A stretch of 64,000 nucleotides of DNA from Candidatus Nomurabacteria bacterium (lineage in GTDB: Bacteria; Patescibacteriota; Minisyncoccia; Phycocordibacterales; UBA9973): contig JARIGO010000017.1 in NCBI GenBank assembly GCA_029288805.1, positions 2,884 through 66,883 of the forward strand, given 5' to 3'. A program made the translations under genes and the position numbers. Under the pieces are notes generated by a model that was not told the origin of the DNA, did no database searches, and saw nothing but the letters and a program-made list of their open reading frames with translations. Positions 26,964 through 37,059 of this stretch are shown piece by piece (the first letter of the stretch is position 1; every line of letters begins with the position of its first letter).

Positions 26964-27965
26964 ATGGCATTTTTAGACGAAATTACAATTGAAGCACGAG
27001 CCGGAAAGGGCGGTGACGGTGTCGTACGATGGCGTCGCGAGAAGTTCATTGCCAAGGGCGGGCCGAATGGTGGTGATGGCGGACGCGGTGGACACGTCTA
27101 CATCAGGGCTGTTCGCAGCTTTCGCGTGCTTGACCAGTACCGCAGTCGCAAGGAATTTTTTGCAGAAGACGGTCATGATGGCGGCAGTCGATCATACAAG
27201 GGTGCGGATGGAGCTCGGCTCACCATTGATTTTCCTGTAGGTTCAGTCGTTACCAATGCCACGACTGGCGCAGTATACGAACTGAACAAGGAAGGGCAGG
27301 AAATTAAAATCCTTACCGGCGGTGTCGGTGGATACGGCAATGAATTTTTCAAAAGTTCTACCAACCAAGCTCCTGATCGCGCGACAAAAGGAAAACCGGG
27401 AGAAGCGGCAGAGCTGCACGTTGTCATTTCATTGATCGCAGATGTCGGACTTATTGGTTTTCCTAATGCAGGAAAGTCCAGTCTATTGAACGGACTAACA
27501 AACGCTCAGGCAAAAGTTGGGGACTATCCATTTACCACGCTTGATCCTAACTTGGGAGACTTGTATGGATATATCATCGCTGACATTCCAGGATTGATCG
27601 AAGGTGCAAGTGAGGGCAAGGGATTGGGCTACACGTTCCTGCGTCACATTTCAAAGACAAAAGTGCTTGTTCATCTTATTTCATTTGAAAACGAAGACAT
27701 GATGAAGGCCTACGAAACTATTCGCGACGAGCTTGAGAAATACAGTGCTGCGCCACAACAGCATGACAATGGCTTAGCGTCTCTCGTCGAAAAGGAAGAA
27801 ATTATCTTGCTGACAAAAACTGATACTGTTTCTGAGGATGTGGTTGAGGCTACGGTTAAGAAGTTTAAAAAGCTCGGTAAGCCGGTCTACGCCATCACGT
27901 TGTTTGATGATGGTTCAGTCAAGGAATTTAGCGATGAGCTTATACGGTTTCTGAAGAAAGAATAA
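26964..27965 (+). CDS. obgE: GTPase Obg
   Basis: Gly-rich Obg fold GGPNGGDGGRGG, GFPNAGKS, YPFTTL and DIPGLIEGA. Confidence 0.97.
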   Translation: MAFLDEITIEARAGKGGDGVVRWRREKFIAKGGPNGGDGGRGGHVYIRAVRSFRVLDQYRSRKEFFAEDGHDGGSRSYKGADGARLTIDFPVGSVVTNATTGAVYELNKEGQEIKILTGGVGGYGNEFFKSSTNQAPDRATKGKPGEAAELHVVISLIADVGLIGFPNAGKSSLLNGLTNAQAKVGDYPFTTLDPNLGDLYGYIIADIPGLIEGASEGKGLGYTFLRHISKTKVLVHLISFENEDMMKAYETIRDELEKYSAAPQQHDNGLASLVEKEEIILLTKTDTVSEDVVEATVKKFKKLGKPVYAITLFDDGSVKEFSDELIRFLKKE

Positions 27966-28019
27966 AAAAGCTCCGCATATTTGGCGGAGGCTTTTTGTTT
28001 TCACTTTCTTTAATCTTTC

Positions 28020-28232
28020 TTAGGTAGAATGCGTTCGTTTGTTTGCCGGTGGGTTTTCATCATCCGTAAGACACGTCAGGCGTGTACTGCTGTATTCTGC
28101 ATTACGGTTTCTCTTGGTTAGTCGTGGAACATAATCTAGCTGAATGTCCTCGCCTAGCAAACCTGCAAACATTTCCTTAACTTCAGAGCCGATAGACCCC
28201 GAGTTGAACGATTGGTTAAAGTTTGAATTCAT
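28020..28232 (-). CDS. Small hypothetical orphan protein
   Basis: 70-aa ORF with promoter TTGACT (28285-28290)-16-TAGGAT and a hairpin downstream. Confidence 0.45.
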   Translation of the reverse strand: MNSNFNQSFNSGSIGSEVKEMFAGLLGEDIQLDYVPRLTKRNRNAEYSSTRLTCLTDDENPPANKRTHST

Positions 28233-28332
28233 AAAAGAAAGTTTTTAAATTATTTTTTAATAATCCTACTCCTTTTAAAAGAACAGTCAATATACAGCTG
28301 CCAATTTAAAAAAATCATGTATAATCGTTCAT

Positions 28333-29742
28333 ATGAGTAAGACGTACTATCCTGTTATCGGCTTGGAAATTCACGCTGAATTGAAAACACAAAGCAAGAT
28401 GTTCTGCAGCTGTAAGAACGATCCAGACGAGATGAATCCTAACGTAAATATCTGCCCGATCTGTATGGCGCACCCTGGCACATTGCCGGTAGCAAACAAG
28501 CAGGCTATTGAGTCTGTTATCAAAGTTGGCTTGGCGCTTGGTTCTGACATCGCAGACTTTACTGAGTTTGATCGTAAGAATTATTTCTATCCTGACATTC
28601 CAAAAGGCTATCAGATCTCCCAATACAAATACCCGATCGTTTCCGGCGGGACATTGAATGATTTTGGCATTACCCGTGTGCACCTTGAAGAAGACACCGG
28701 TCTTTCAAAGCACGACCGTGGCAACTTCACGCTCGTGGACTACAACCGCGCTGGTGTGCCATTGATGGAGCTCGTAACAGAACCTGTTATTCATAGCGCT
28801 CAGGATGCTGCTAACTTTGCAAAGGAATTACAATTGCTGCTCCGCACGCTCGGCGTATCAGAAGCGAATTTGGAAAAAGGAGAAATGCGTGTTGAGCCAA
28901 ACATCTCTGTGTCCGATACAGAAGGAACATTTGGTACGAAGGTGGAAGTAAAAAACCTGAACTCATTCAGAAGTGTTGAACGTGCTATCGAACATGAGCT
29001 TGCTCGCATGATTGCATTATATGAAGCAGGGCGACAAGACGAGATCGTACAAGAAACTCGCGGTTGGGATGAAGTAAAACAGACTACCTTCTCACAGCGT
29101 TCAAAGGAAAATGCGCATGACTATCGATACTTCCCAGATCCTGACCTTCCGAAGATGAAGCTGCACAGCGCATTCGATATTGCTGCAATGAAAGATGCAC
29201 TTCCAGAATTGCCATGGGCAAAACGTGAGCGATATGCAGCGGACTACGGTTTGAAACAGGGTGATATTGAAATCTTCACTGCGGACAAGGCATTGTCGGA
29301 TTATTTTGAATCCGTTGTCGCAGGAAAAGACAGCGCATTTGCACAAAGTGCCGCTAACTATATTGTCAGTGACATACTTGGCTTGATGAAAAAAGACGCA
29401 GATGTTCGACTGCCTAATAAGGAAAACTTTGTCGAGCTTATTACTATGGTCACTGCAGGAGAAATTACCTCACGCGGAGCAAAAGACATCTTGGCTGTTA
29501 TTGTGAAGGAAGACGCATCGCCAAAAGCTATTGCTGAAAAGGAGGGACTACTCCAGCAAAACAATGAAGATGACTTGAGGCCAATCATTGCGCAGGTGAT
29601 AGTTGATAATACCGCTATGGTTACTCAGTACAAAGAAGGAAAAGAAGCGGTACTGCAAGCGCTTGTCGGTATGGTGATGAAAGCCACGAAGGGAAGTGCC
29701 AATCCGGGAATTGCTTCGAAACTGTTGAAGGAAATGATGTAA
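28333..29742 (+). CDS. gatB: Asp/Glu-tRNA amidotransferase subunit B
   Basis: VIGLEIHAEL, FDRKNYFYPD, HLEED, NRAGVPLMELVTEP and DYRYFPDPDLP. Confidence 0.97.
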   Translation: MSKTYYPVIGLEIHAELKTQSKMFCSCKNDPDEMNPNVNICPICMAHPGTLPVANKQAIESVIKVGLALGSDIADFTEFDRKNYFYPDIPKGYQISQYKYPIVSGGTLNDFGITRVHLEEDTGLSKHDRGNFTLVDYNRAGVPLMELVTEPVIHSAQDAANFAKELQLLLRTLGVSEANLEKGEMRVEPNISVSDTEGTFGTKVEVKNLNSFRSVERAIEHELARMIALYEAGRQDEIVQETRGWDEVKQTTFSQRSKENAHDYRYFPDPDLPKMKLHSAFDIAAMKDALPELPWAKRERYAADYGLKQGDIEIFTADKALSDYFESVVAGKDSAFAQSAANYIVSDILGLMKKDADVRLPNKENFVELITMVTAGEITSRGAKDILAVIVKEDASPKAIAEKEGLLQQNNEDDLRPIIAQVIVDNTAMVTQYKEGKEAVLQALVGMVMKATKGSANPGIASKLLKEMM

Positions 29743-29767
29743 TAAAAAAAGAACCTTACGGTTCTTT

Positions 29768-30154
29768 TTAGGTTAACAAAAGTTTTATTTTAAAAGGGAT
29801 GCTAGTGGGGTGTTTTGATTGCAATGTAATTTTTACCGATTCACCGAGTGTCTTTTCCATTTGCCCAAGGCAAAAGAGCAAATCGACTTTGCTCTTGCCA
29901 AGAATGTCCAAGTCGTACGGGGTAATTTCAATAGTACATTCTTTCGCGTGTTCATTTTGCATAGCCTCCTGAAGGGGGGTTAAAAAAGAATTCTTAAGTC
30001 CGCTTTCAAATAAATGTTGATTTTTGTGATTTAGGTATGCCTTATGGGCAATAACTGCATTCGCAAATGCTTCTTCGACGTCCCGCTGGTATGTCGGGTA
30101 GTTTTTTAGAGCGCCTTCGTCCAAAGCTTTTTTCTCCGCTGTCCATATAATCAT
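29768..30154 (-). CDS. Hypothetical orphan protein
   Basis: 128-aa AT-rich ORF with promoter TTGACG-16-TATTGT; shares a terminator with gatB. Confidence 0.55.
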   Translation of the reverse strand: MIIWTAEKKALDEGALKNYPTYQRDVEEAFANAVIAHKAYLNHKNQHLFESGLKNSFLTPLQEAMQNEHAKECTIEITPYDLDILGKSKVDLLFCLGQMEKTLGESVKITLQSKHPTSIPFKIKLLLT

Positions 30155-30244
30155 TGTTGTATGTATTTTTTACTACAATACCATAAATTGAATAAACGTC
30201 AATTTGTTTATAAGCCTGCTAGGGAGAAGTGCTATACTCTAGTC

Positions 30245-31279
30245 ATGGATAATACAAAGATTAAAGTAGCTATTAATGGATTTGGACGCATCGGTCGAGC
30301 ATTTTTAAAAATCGCATGGCTTCGCCCGGAAATCGAAATTGTGGCAGTGAATGACCTTGGTACACTCGAAAGTTTGGCATACCTGCTTCGTCATGACACC
30401 GTGTATCGTAACTGGGACCATGATGTGCAAATCATTGATGGAGGACTTTCTATCGATGGCAAAATGGTGAAGTTTGTTTCTGAGAAGGACACGACAAAGC
30501 TTCCGTGGAAAGATCTTGGTATCGACGTTGTTGTTGAGTCAACCGGTCTGTTTACTTCATATGAAAAGGCGCAGTTCCATATCGCGGATGGTGCCAAGCG
30601 TGTCGTTATCTCTGCCCCTGCAAAGGATGCGGCTGGCGCCCAGCAGGCAGCTACTATTCTGCTCGGCGTGAATGAGGAAAAGTTTGGTACATGTGATATC
30701 ACTTCAAACGCTTCATGTACCACAAATGCCTCAAGTCCTTTGATCGGCATCATGCATGAAGCACTGGGTATTGAAAAAGCTATCTTGAATACTGTGCATG
30801 GCTACACTGCGTCACAGTCTCTCGTTGACGGACCAAGCAAGAAGGACCTTCGCGAAGGTCGCGCTGCCGCACAAAACATCGTGCCAAGCTCAACTGGTGC
30901 CGCTATTGCCGTTACTCAGGCATACCCTGAACTCACTGGGCTCTTTGACGGTATCTCTATCCGCGTGCCAGTTCCTGCTGGATCTATCGTTGACGTGACA
31001 TTCATCGCAAAGCGCGACACCACCGCCGAAGAAGTGAATGATATCCTCACAAAGGCCGCTGCTGACCCTCGCTGGGCAGGAGTGTTCTCTGTAACAAATG
31101 AACCCCTTGTCTCAAGTGACATTCTCGGTAACCGCCATGCATCCATCGCTGACCTTGCAATGACTCGCGTCGTTGGTGGCAACCTTGTGAAAGTCATGGG
31201 CTGGTACGACAACGAAATGGGGTATACCTACACGCTCGTTGATCACGTTATCAAGACAGGGAAGACTATTCAGAAATAA
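30245..31279 (+). CDS. gap: Glyceraldehyde-3-phosphate dehydrogenase, type I
   Basis: INGFGRIGR, SNASCTTN, STGAA and WYDNE. Confidence 0.97.
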   Translation: MDNTKIKVAINGFGRIGRAFLKIAWLRPEIEIVAVNDLGTLESLAYLLRHDTVYRNWDHDVQIIDGGLSIDGKMVKFVSEKDTTKLPWKDLGIDVVVESTGLFTSYEKAQFHIADGAKRVVISAPAKDAAGAQQAATILLGVNEEKFGTCDITSNASCTTNASSPLIGIMHEALGIEKAILNTVHGYTASQSLVDGPSKKDLREGRAAAQNIVPSSTGAAIAVTQAYPELTGLFDGISIRVPVPAGSIVDVTFIAKRDTTAEEVNDILTKAAADPRWAGVFSVTNEPLVSSDILGNRHASIADLAMTRVVGGNLVKVMGWYDNEMGYTYTLVDHVIKTGKTIQK

Positions 31280-31382
31280 ATTCTCTTCATAATTCTAACA
31301 AAAGAGCCCTCATTTAAGGGCTCTTTTTTATTGACTTTTCATATGGTTGTGATTTAATTTAAACAAATAAAATCACAATTAT

Positions 31383-31718
31383 ATGAAAGTCATTGAAAGC
31401 GAAAGCGCATTGGGTCAGCCAAACAGGTATGAAAATGCACGTGTATCAGACGAGCAGCTCGCAGATGATATAAACCAGGAAGCATTAGCGGTAGTTACCA
31501 ATGCCCAGTCTGTTTTAGAAAGGATTCGCCAAAACCCCGGCTTGAAAAATTTCCATGATCCAAAGACCAATGGAGAATGGATGGGGCAGTGGCTGATATC
31601 TCAGAAAAGGCACATTTTATATGACCTGTACGGATCGGGTGATGAGCGAGGACTTATAAACATCCCGTCCGAAGTTGAAGCATTCGTTACCGACGTGTAT
31701 CAACTGGTGCAAGAGTAA
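31383..31718 (+). CDS. Hypothetical protein
   Basis: 111-aa ORF between two terminator hairpins, with a TTGACT promoter. Confidence 0.6.
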   Translation: MKVIESESALGQPNRYENARVSDEQLADDINQEALAVVTNAQSVLERIRQNPGLKNFHDPKTNGEWMGQWLISQKRHILYDLYGSGDERGLINIPSEVEAFVTDVYQLVQE

Positions 31719-31869
31719 AAATAAGTACCCTTAGATTGATTCTAAGGGTACTTTTTTTATTTACAAATTCTAAAATCGTGATGCAGTTATGCACACTGGT
31801 AAGTAGAGGGGGCAATTGGTAGAATGAAGGCAAGGGGCGATTACTAATTTTAAATAAGCGGAAAAACAT

Positions 31870-32106
31870 ATGGAAAATATAGAAGACAACATGGGAAAAA
31901 CTGCAACTGAGCATCCAGAAGGAGTAACTGATGCTGCGCTTGAGATTGAGAACTATGAACAGCTAAAAGAGCAGTACAAGTCTTTTCAGGTGCAGCATAT
32001 GGCGGCAATGGAAGCGAGTGATGAGCTCAAGGCAAGGGAAATTGAAGTTAAGATTGACGAACTTGCTCTTAAGCTTGGTTTAGACGAAGAAAGACACGCT
32101 GCCTAG
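31870..32106 (+). CDS. Small acidic hypothetical protein
   Basis: 78 aa, helical, ending 2 nt before rpiB. Confidence 0.55.
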   Translation: MENIEDNMGKTATEHPEGVTDAALEIENYEQLKEQYKSFQVQHMAAMEASDELKAREIEVKIDELALKLGLDEERHAA

Positions 32107-32108
32107 TC

Positions 32109-32600
32109 ATGAGAATACACTTAGCAACTGACCATGCTGGATTTCAGCACAAAGAAGCGGTGAAGGCGTACCTGATCGATCAGGGGCTTGAGGTTATTGA
32201 CCATGGTGCTGTAAGTTTTGATGGTCGTGATGACTATCCGGATTTTATCGCGCCTGCTGCCCAGGCAGTGGGGGTCAGCGGCGTACCGATCAGTGCTGAC
32301 GATGGACGAGTAGTTACCAGTACCGATGTTGGTATTATTTTTGGTGAGTCAGGGCAGGGTGAGGCAATGGTTGCAAATCGCGTACCTGGCGTACGCTGCG
32401 CTGTGTACTACGGCGGACTGACTGATATCCTGGTGCTGTCACGCGGACACAACAATGCCAACATGCTTTCTATTGGTGCCGGATTTTTGACTATCGAAGA
32501 AACTATCAACGCCATTGCCATCTGGTCAGAAATTCCATTTTCAAATGACGAGCGAGACATTCGTCGCCTCTCAAAATTTAACAAGTCATATCATGGTTAG
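32109..32600 (+). CDS. rpiB: Ribose-5-phosphate isomerase B
   Basis: ATDHAGF, DDYPDF, GESGQGEAMVANR and HNNANML. Cys-less, Glu-base variant. Confidence 0.9.
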   Translation: MRIHLATDHAGFQHKEAVKAYLIDQGLEVIDHGAVSFDGRDDYPDFIAPAAQAVGVSGVPISADDGRVVTSTDVGIIFGESGQGEAMVANRVPGVRCAVYYGGLTDILVLSRGHNNANMLSIGAGFLTIEETINAIAIWSEIPFSNDERDIRRLSKFNKSYHG

Positions 32601-33312
32601 AATTATCCCTGCAATTTTGCCGCAAACATACCGTGGCATTGAAATGTCTGTTGAAAAAGTTCTTGGTGCCGTACCAAGCGTGCAGATAGATCTTGTCGAT
32701 GGTCACCTTGTGCCAAACCAACGCACGTGGCTTTTTAATAATAAAAACGACGAAACCATTCAGGCTATTCTCGACGAGGAAGTCGCCATGCCGTACTGGC
32801 AGGAAATGAACTATGAACTTGACCTCATGGTGAAGGATCCAATGCAATATATGGAAACGTTCATTGCGCTCGGTCCGTCAAAGATGACTTTTCACGTGGA
32901 AGGGTTGGACGAGGCAAAGACCATAGAATTTTTTGAAACACTTCCAGAAATTATTCGCAGTGTTATTTCGTTTGGCATTGCACTGAGCAATGATACTGAT
33001 CCTGCAATGCTCGCACCATACATGCAGTATGTCGAAAGCGTTCAGTGCATGGGCATTAGTCGCGTAGGATATCAGAGTCAACCGTACGACGAACGCGTTA
33101 TCGAACAAATAAAAAAAGTTCGCAGCTTATATCCAGACAAAATTATTACTGTTGATGGTGCAGTGTCACTTGATACAGCGGCGGAATTAGTAAAAGCAGG
33201 TGCGCAAGAGCTTGTCGTGGGTTCAGTGGTATTCCAGAATACCGATCCGCAAGGTACAATAGAAAGACTTCAAGACATATGCAACACCGCGACTTCACAA
33301 TCAGAGAATTAG
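32593..33312 (+). CDS. rpe: Ribulose-phosphate 3-epimerase-like protein
   Basis: IIPAIL, QIDLVDG, TFHVE, TVDGAV and VVGS; pentose-phosphate context. Confidence 0.8.
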   Translation: MVRIIPAILPQTYRGIEMSVEKVLGAVPSVQIDLVDGHLVPNQRTWLFNNKNDETIQAILDEEVAMPYWQEMNYELDLMVKDPMQYMETFIALGPSKMTFHVEGLDEAKTIEFFETLPEIIRSVISFGIALSNDTDPAMLAPYMQYVESVQCMGISRVGYQSQPYDERVIEQIKKVRSLYPDKIITVDGAVSLDTAAELVKAGAQELVVGSVVFQNTDPQGTIERLQDICNTATSQSEN

Positions 33313-34145
33313 AACTCAAGGCGAATGAGATTCGTCAGTCTATTATCTCTATGCTGCTCGAAGCGGGAAGCGGACACACAGCAGGACCGCTTGGCATGGC
33401 AGATGTCTTCACTGCAATATATTTTGATACTCTTCGTCATGACCCAGAAAATCCTTTCTGGCCTGAGCGTGATCGTTTAATGCTTTCAAATGGTCATATC
33501 TGCCCAGTGCTGTATGCCACTATGGCGCATGCAGGATATTTTCCCGTAGAAGAGCTAATGACTCTTCGTAAGTTTGGCTCACGTTTGCAGGGACATCCGC
33601 ATCGAGAATTTTTACCATACCTAGAAACATCCTCAGGGCCGCTTGGTAGTGGCTTGTCACAAGCCGTGGGTATGGCTATTGCTGACAGGATGGACAATGG
33701 TGCCGCTACACCTCGAACGATCTACTGCTTGCTTGGTGACGGTGAGCTTGATGAAGGAAATAACTGGGAGGCTATGATGCTTGGTGGAAAGGAAAAGCTC
33801 CACAATCTGCTCGCTATCGTTGATCGTAACAATATTCAGATCGATGGCTATACCGAGGACATCATGCCGCTTGATTCATTGATTGCAAAATGGGAAAGCT
33901 TCAATTGGCATGTCCAAGAAATTGATGGCAATAACATTCAGGAAGTCATCAATGCCATCCATACCGCTAAGGCAGTATTCGAAAAGCCGTCAGTTATCAT
34001 TGCTCGCACTATCCCTGGAAAAGGAGTAAAGGAATTTGAACGAAAGTTCGAATGGCATGGCAAAACACCGGACAAGGAAGAAGCCAAGATTGCTTTAGAT
34101 GAACTTCGCACACTGGGAGGCAAGATTAAGAGTGAACACAAATAG
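33279..34145 (+). CDS. Transketolase, N-terminal subunit
   Basis: SGHTAG, SNGH, LQGHP and the TPP motif GDGELDEG.....N. Confidence 0.94.
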   Translation: MQHRDFTIRELELKANEIRQSIISMLLEAGSGHTAGPLGMADVFTAIYFDTLRHDPENPFWPERDRLMLSNGHICPVLYATMAHAGYFPVEELMTLRKFGSRLQGHPHREFLPYLETSSGPLGSGLSQAVGMAIADRMDNGAATPRTIYCLLGDGELDEGNNWEAMMLGGKEKLHNLLAIVDRNNIQIDGYTEDIMPLDSLIAKWESFNWHVQEIDGNNIQEVINAIHTAKAVFEKPSVIIARTIPGKGVKEFERKFEWHGKTPDKEEAKIALDELRTLGGKIKSEHK

Positions 34146-34146
34146 T

Positions 34147-35142
34147 ATGCTTAATTCCGATTTAAAACTTAATACCAGTATCTTCAATGATGATGTAGAG
34201 CAAGTGCCGATTCGTAAGGGATTTGGTGAGGGCTTGGCAAAGGCAGGTGAGACCAATAAGAACATCGTGGCGCTTAGTGCAGACCTCACAGAGTCTACGC
34301 AAATGCATTTCTTTAAGGAAAAATTTCCTGAACGGTTTGTGGAAATTGGTGTGGCCGAACAAAACCTTGCCACTGTTGCCAGTGGCCTTGCCGCAATGGA
34401 CAAGTATCCGTTCTTTTCTTCATATGCCATGTTCAGTCCAGGCAGAAACTGGGAACAGATTCGCACCACGCTTGCATATAATGACAGAAAGGCCGTGATT
34501 GTTGGTAGTCATGCCGGTGTGTCTGTTGGACCTGATGGAGGTACGCACCAGGCTATTGAAGACATGGCTCTGATGCGCGTTCTTCCTCGCATGACCGTCA
34601 TCTCTCCGTGTGATGCCATTCAGGCAAAGAAGGCGACGCTCGCATTGTCTGCTGACCCAAGACTGGTGTATTTGCGTCTGGCTCGCGAGAAGACGCCGAT
34701 CATTACCACAGAAGACACTCCATTTGAAATCGGCAAAGGGCAAATTTTTTATCGTCCTGATGGCTTGGCACAGGTAGCTATTGTGGCAACAGGGGCGCTT
34801 GTGGCACAGGCATTGAAGGCAACGAAGTCTCTAGAGAAAAAAGGCATCAAGGTTATCGTGGCAAATATTCATACTATCAAACCACTCGATACTGCATTGC
34901 TTGTGCAGCTCGCAAAAGAAACAAAGGCTATCGTGTCAGTTGAAGAACATCAGATTGCTGGTGGTTTTGGAAGCGCTGTTTCCGAAGCGTTGGCAAAGGA
35001 ATATCCCGTGCCAATGGAATTCATTGGTGTGAAGGATCGCTTTGGTCAGTCTGGTACGCCCAATGAACTGATTGAAAAATATGACATGGGGCAGGACGCC
35101 ATCATTACTGCGGTGATGAAAGTTATAGAACGCAGGAAATAG
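34147..35142 (+). CDS. Transketolase, C-terminal subunit
   Basis: GVAEQN, GPDGGTHQ, TIKPLD and EEHQ..GG.G. Confidence 0.94.
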   Translation: MLNSDLKLNTSIFNDDVEQVPIRKGFGEGLAKAGETNKNIVALSADLTESTQMHFFKEKFPERFVEIGVAEQNLATVASGLAAMDKYPFFSSYAMFSPGRNWEQIRTTLAYNDRKAVIVGSHAGVSVGPDGGTHQAIEDMALMRVLPRMTVISPCDAIQAKKATLALSADPRLVYLRLAREKTPIITTEDTPFEIGKGQIFYRPDGLAQVAIVATGALVAQALKATKSLEKKGIKVIVANIHTIKPLDTALLVQLAKETKAIVSVEEHQIAGGFGSAVSEALAKEYPVPMEFIGVKDRFGQSGTPNELIEKYDMGQDAIITAVMKVIERRK

Positions 35143-35169
35143 AAAAAGTGGACATAATGTCCACTTTTT
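35143..35169. terminator. Bidirectional terminator
   Basis: AAAAAGTGGACAT-a-ATGTCCACTTTTT between the convergent transketolase and pfkB genes. Confidence 0.75.
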
Positions 35170-35181
35170 CTATTTCCATTT

Positions 35182-36171
35182 TTACACCTGCTTCGGCTGA
35201 TAGTCAGCGGGAGCGTTCATGAGATATTGGTTCAAGGCTTCTTGTGTGAGGAGGCCTTTTTGCGCGCCGACGAACTGTACGACTGACATTGAGTTCACTG
35301 GACCCCAACGCAACGCTTCGCCAAGCGAAAATCCTTTGAGCAATGCTACTGATACGGTGGAAGCAAATGCATCGCCAGCACCAGTACGCTCATATGCATC
35401 ATGCGGATACACAGGCATAAACCATATTTCATTTCCATCAGACGCATATGCGCCATTCATGCCGTCAGTAACGAATACGATTTTTGGCCCAAGGGCATGG
35501 AGAGCCGCTATCAAGGCCTTTGGATCCCGAGTGTTACTACCAGTAATAAGCTCCGCTTCTTCAAGGTTGCAGAAAAAGGCATACGTATTGGCATAGATGT
35601 CCTTTGATATCTCCTTATCCATTTTCATTTGAAATGTTCCAGGCTGGAACACTAGCTTCATCTCTGGGTGATCCTTTACGAAAGAGATTATTTCACGATG
35701 ATACTGCTCGGTGTGTTCGCCGAGAGAAGAAAGGTAGAGCATCTTTGGTGCCAAGGTCATAGTAGGCATGCTGACAGGAAAGGCTGCATGCTTTACCAAG
35801 ATGGTGCGTTCAGGCATATGCCACAGTACGTAGTGATAGTTTGTAGGAATACCATCGTGAACACCAACATAGATAGTATCAACATTATTACGTTTCAACT
35901 CGTCAAGACATCCTTCACCCTGGGCATCTTTACCGACATGGGCAAGGAGTGCGCTTTTTAATCCGAGGCGTGCAGCAGCTACGGCTGCATTGGCACTGTT
36001 ACCAACAGCCTTTACTTCCTCCATAGAATCATAAGGAATCTTGTCGCCGTAACGAAAGCAGAGCAGAGGATTGCTTCCATCAGGATCGGTTTTGACCTCT
36101 GCATCATTTACCTTGATAAAACAGTCTGTAACAATATCGCCAATGGCGAGGAAATCTAGTTGTTCATTCAT
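35182..36171 (-). CDS. PfkB-family carbohydrate kinase
   Basis: GNSANAAVAAARLG, NLEEAE, VTDGMNGA and RTGAGDAF. Confidence 0.92.
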   Translation of the reverse strand: MNEQLDFLAIGDIVTDCFIKVNDAEVKTDPDGSNPLLCFRYGDKIPYDSMEEVKAVGNSANAAVAAARLGLKSALLAHVGKDAQGEGCLDELKRNNVDTIYVGVHDGIPTNYHYVLWHMPERTILVKHAAFPVSMPTMTLAPKMLYLSSLGEHTEQYHREIISFVKDHPEMKLVFQPGTFQMKMDKEISKDIYANTYAFFCNLEEAELITGSNTRDPKALIAALHALGPKIVFVTDGMNGAYASDGNEIWFMPVYPHDAYERTGAGDAFASTVSVALLKGFSLGEALRWGPVNSMSVVQFVGAQKGLLTQEALNQYLMNAPADYQPKQV

Positions 36172-36188
36172 ATGATACAATTGTAGCA
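36172..36188. promoter_or_regulatory. Overlapping divergent extended -10 promoters (pfkB/fba)
   Basis: TGA-TACAAT on the plus strand and TGC-TACAAT on the minus strand share the palindrome TACAATTGTA (36176-36185). Confidence 0.7.
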
Positions 36189-37054
36189 TGAAGACATTGA
36201 AGGAATACCTGGCTGAGGCTCGAAGTGAAAAGAAGGCTATTGGTCATTTTAATTTTGCGAATATTGAAGGATTGTACGCTATAGCTCGAGCAGCAAAGGC
36301 ACTCAACGTACCGGTGATCGTTGGAACTGCGGAAGGAGAAGAAGAAGCAGTAGGCACAAAAGCGGCTGTGGCATTGGTAAAGATCATTCGTGAAGACTGG
36401 GGTATTCCAATTTTCCTGAATGCTGACCACCACTACTCATTTGCAACAGTGAAGGCTTGTATCGATGCAGGCTATGACAGTGTCATTTATGATGGTGCGA
36501 AAGGAACATTTGAAGAAAATGTTGCCATCTCAAAACAGTGCGTTGAATATGCGCGACAGGTGAGTGCGCAGACTGGCCGTGAGATCTTGGTGGAAGTAGA
36601 GCTTGGATACATTGGACAAGGTTCACAGCTTCGCGATGAAATCCCTGAAGGCATTGCCGCTATCACCAGTCCTGATGAGGCAAAATTGTTCCTTGACCAA
36701 ACTGGCGCTGATGCGTTGGCTCCAGCAGTGGGAAACTTCCACGGCATGTTGAAGCATGCGGACAAGCCTCGTTTGAACATTGACTGCATCAAGGCTATTG
36801 CCGCCATTACGGACAAGCCGCTCGTGCTTCATGGCGGTTCTGGGGAGGAAGCTGATTTTGCTGCGGCTATCGATGCCGGTATCAACATCATTCACGTCAA
36901 CACCGAGCTTCGCCGTGCATACACTTCAACGCTCAAGACATTCCTCGATCAGCACCCTGACGAAATCGCTCCCTACAAATATGGCGCTCCTGCATCACTC
37001 GCAATGGAAGCCGTTGTGACTGAAAAATTGAAGATCTTTAGCCGGATGCAATAA
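36188..37054 (+). CDS. fba: Class II fructose-bisphosphate aldolase
   Basis: NADHH, VEVELGYIG, AVGNFHG, LVLHGGSG and HVNTELR. Confidence 0.92.
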   Translation: MKTLKEYLAEARSEKKAIGHFNFANIEGLYAIARAAKALNVPVIVGTAEGEEEAVGTKAAVALVKIIREDWGIPIFLNADHHYSFATVKACIDAGYDSVIYDGAKGTFEENVAISKQCVEYARQVSAQTGREILVEVELGYIGQGSQLRDEIPEGIAAITSPDEAKLFLDQTGADALAPAVGNFHGMLKHADKPRLNIDCIKAIAAITDKPLVLHGGSGEEADFAAAIDAGINIIHVNTELRRAYTSTLKTFLDQHPDEIAPYKYGAPASLAMEAVVTEKLKIFSRMQ

Positions 37055-37059
37055 TATAC

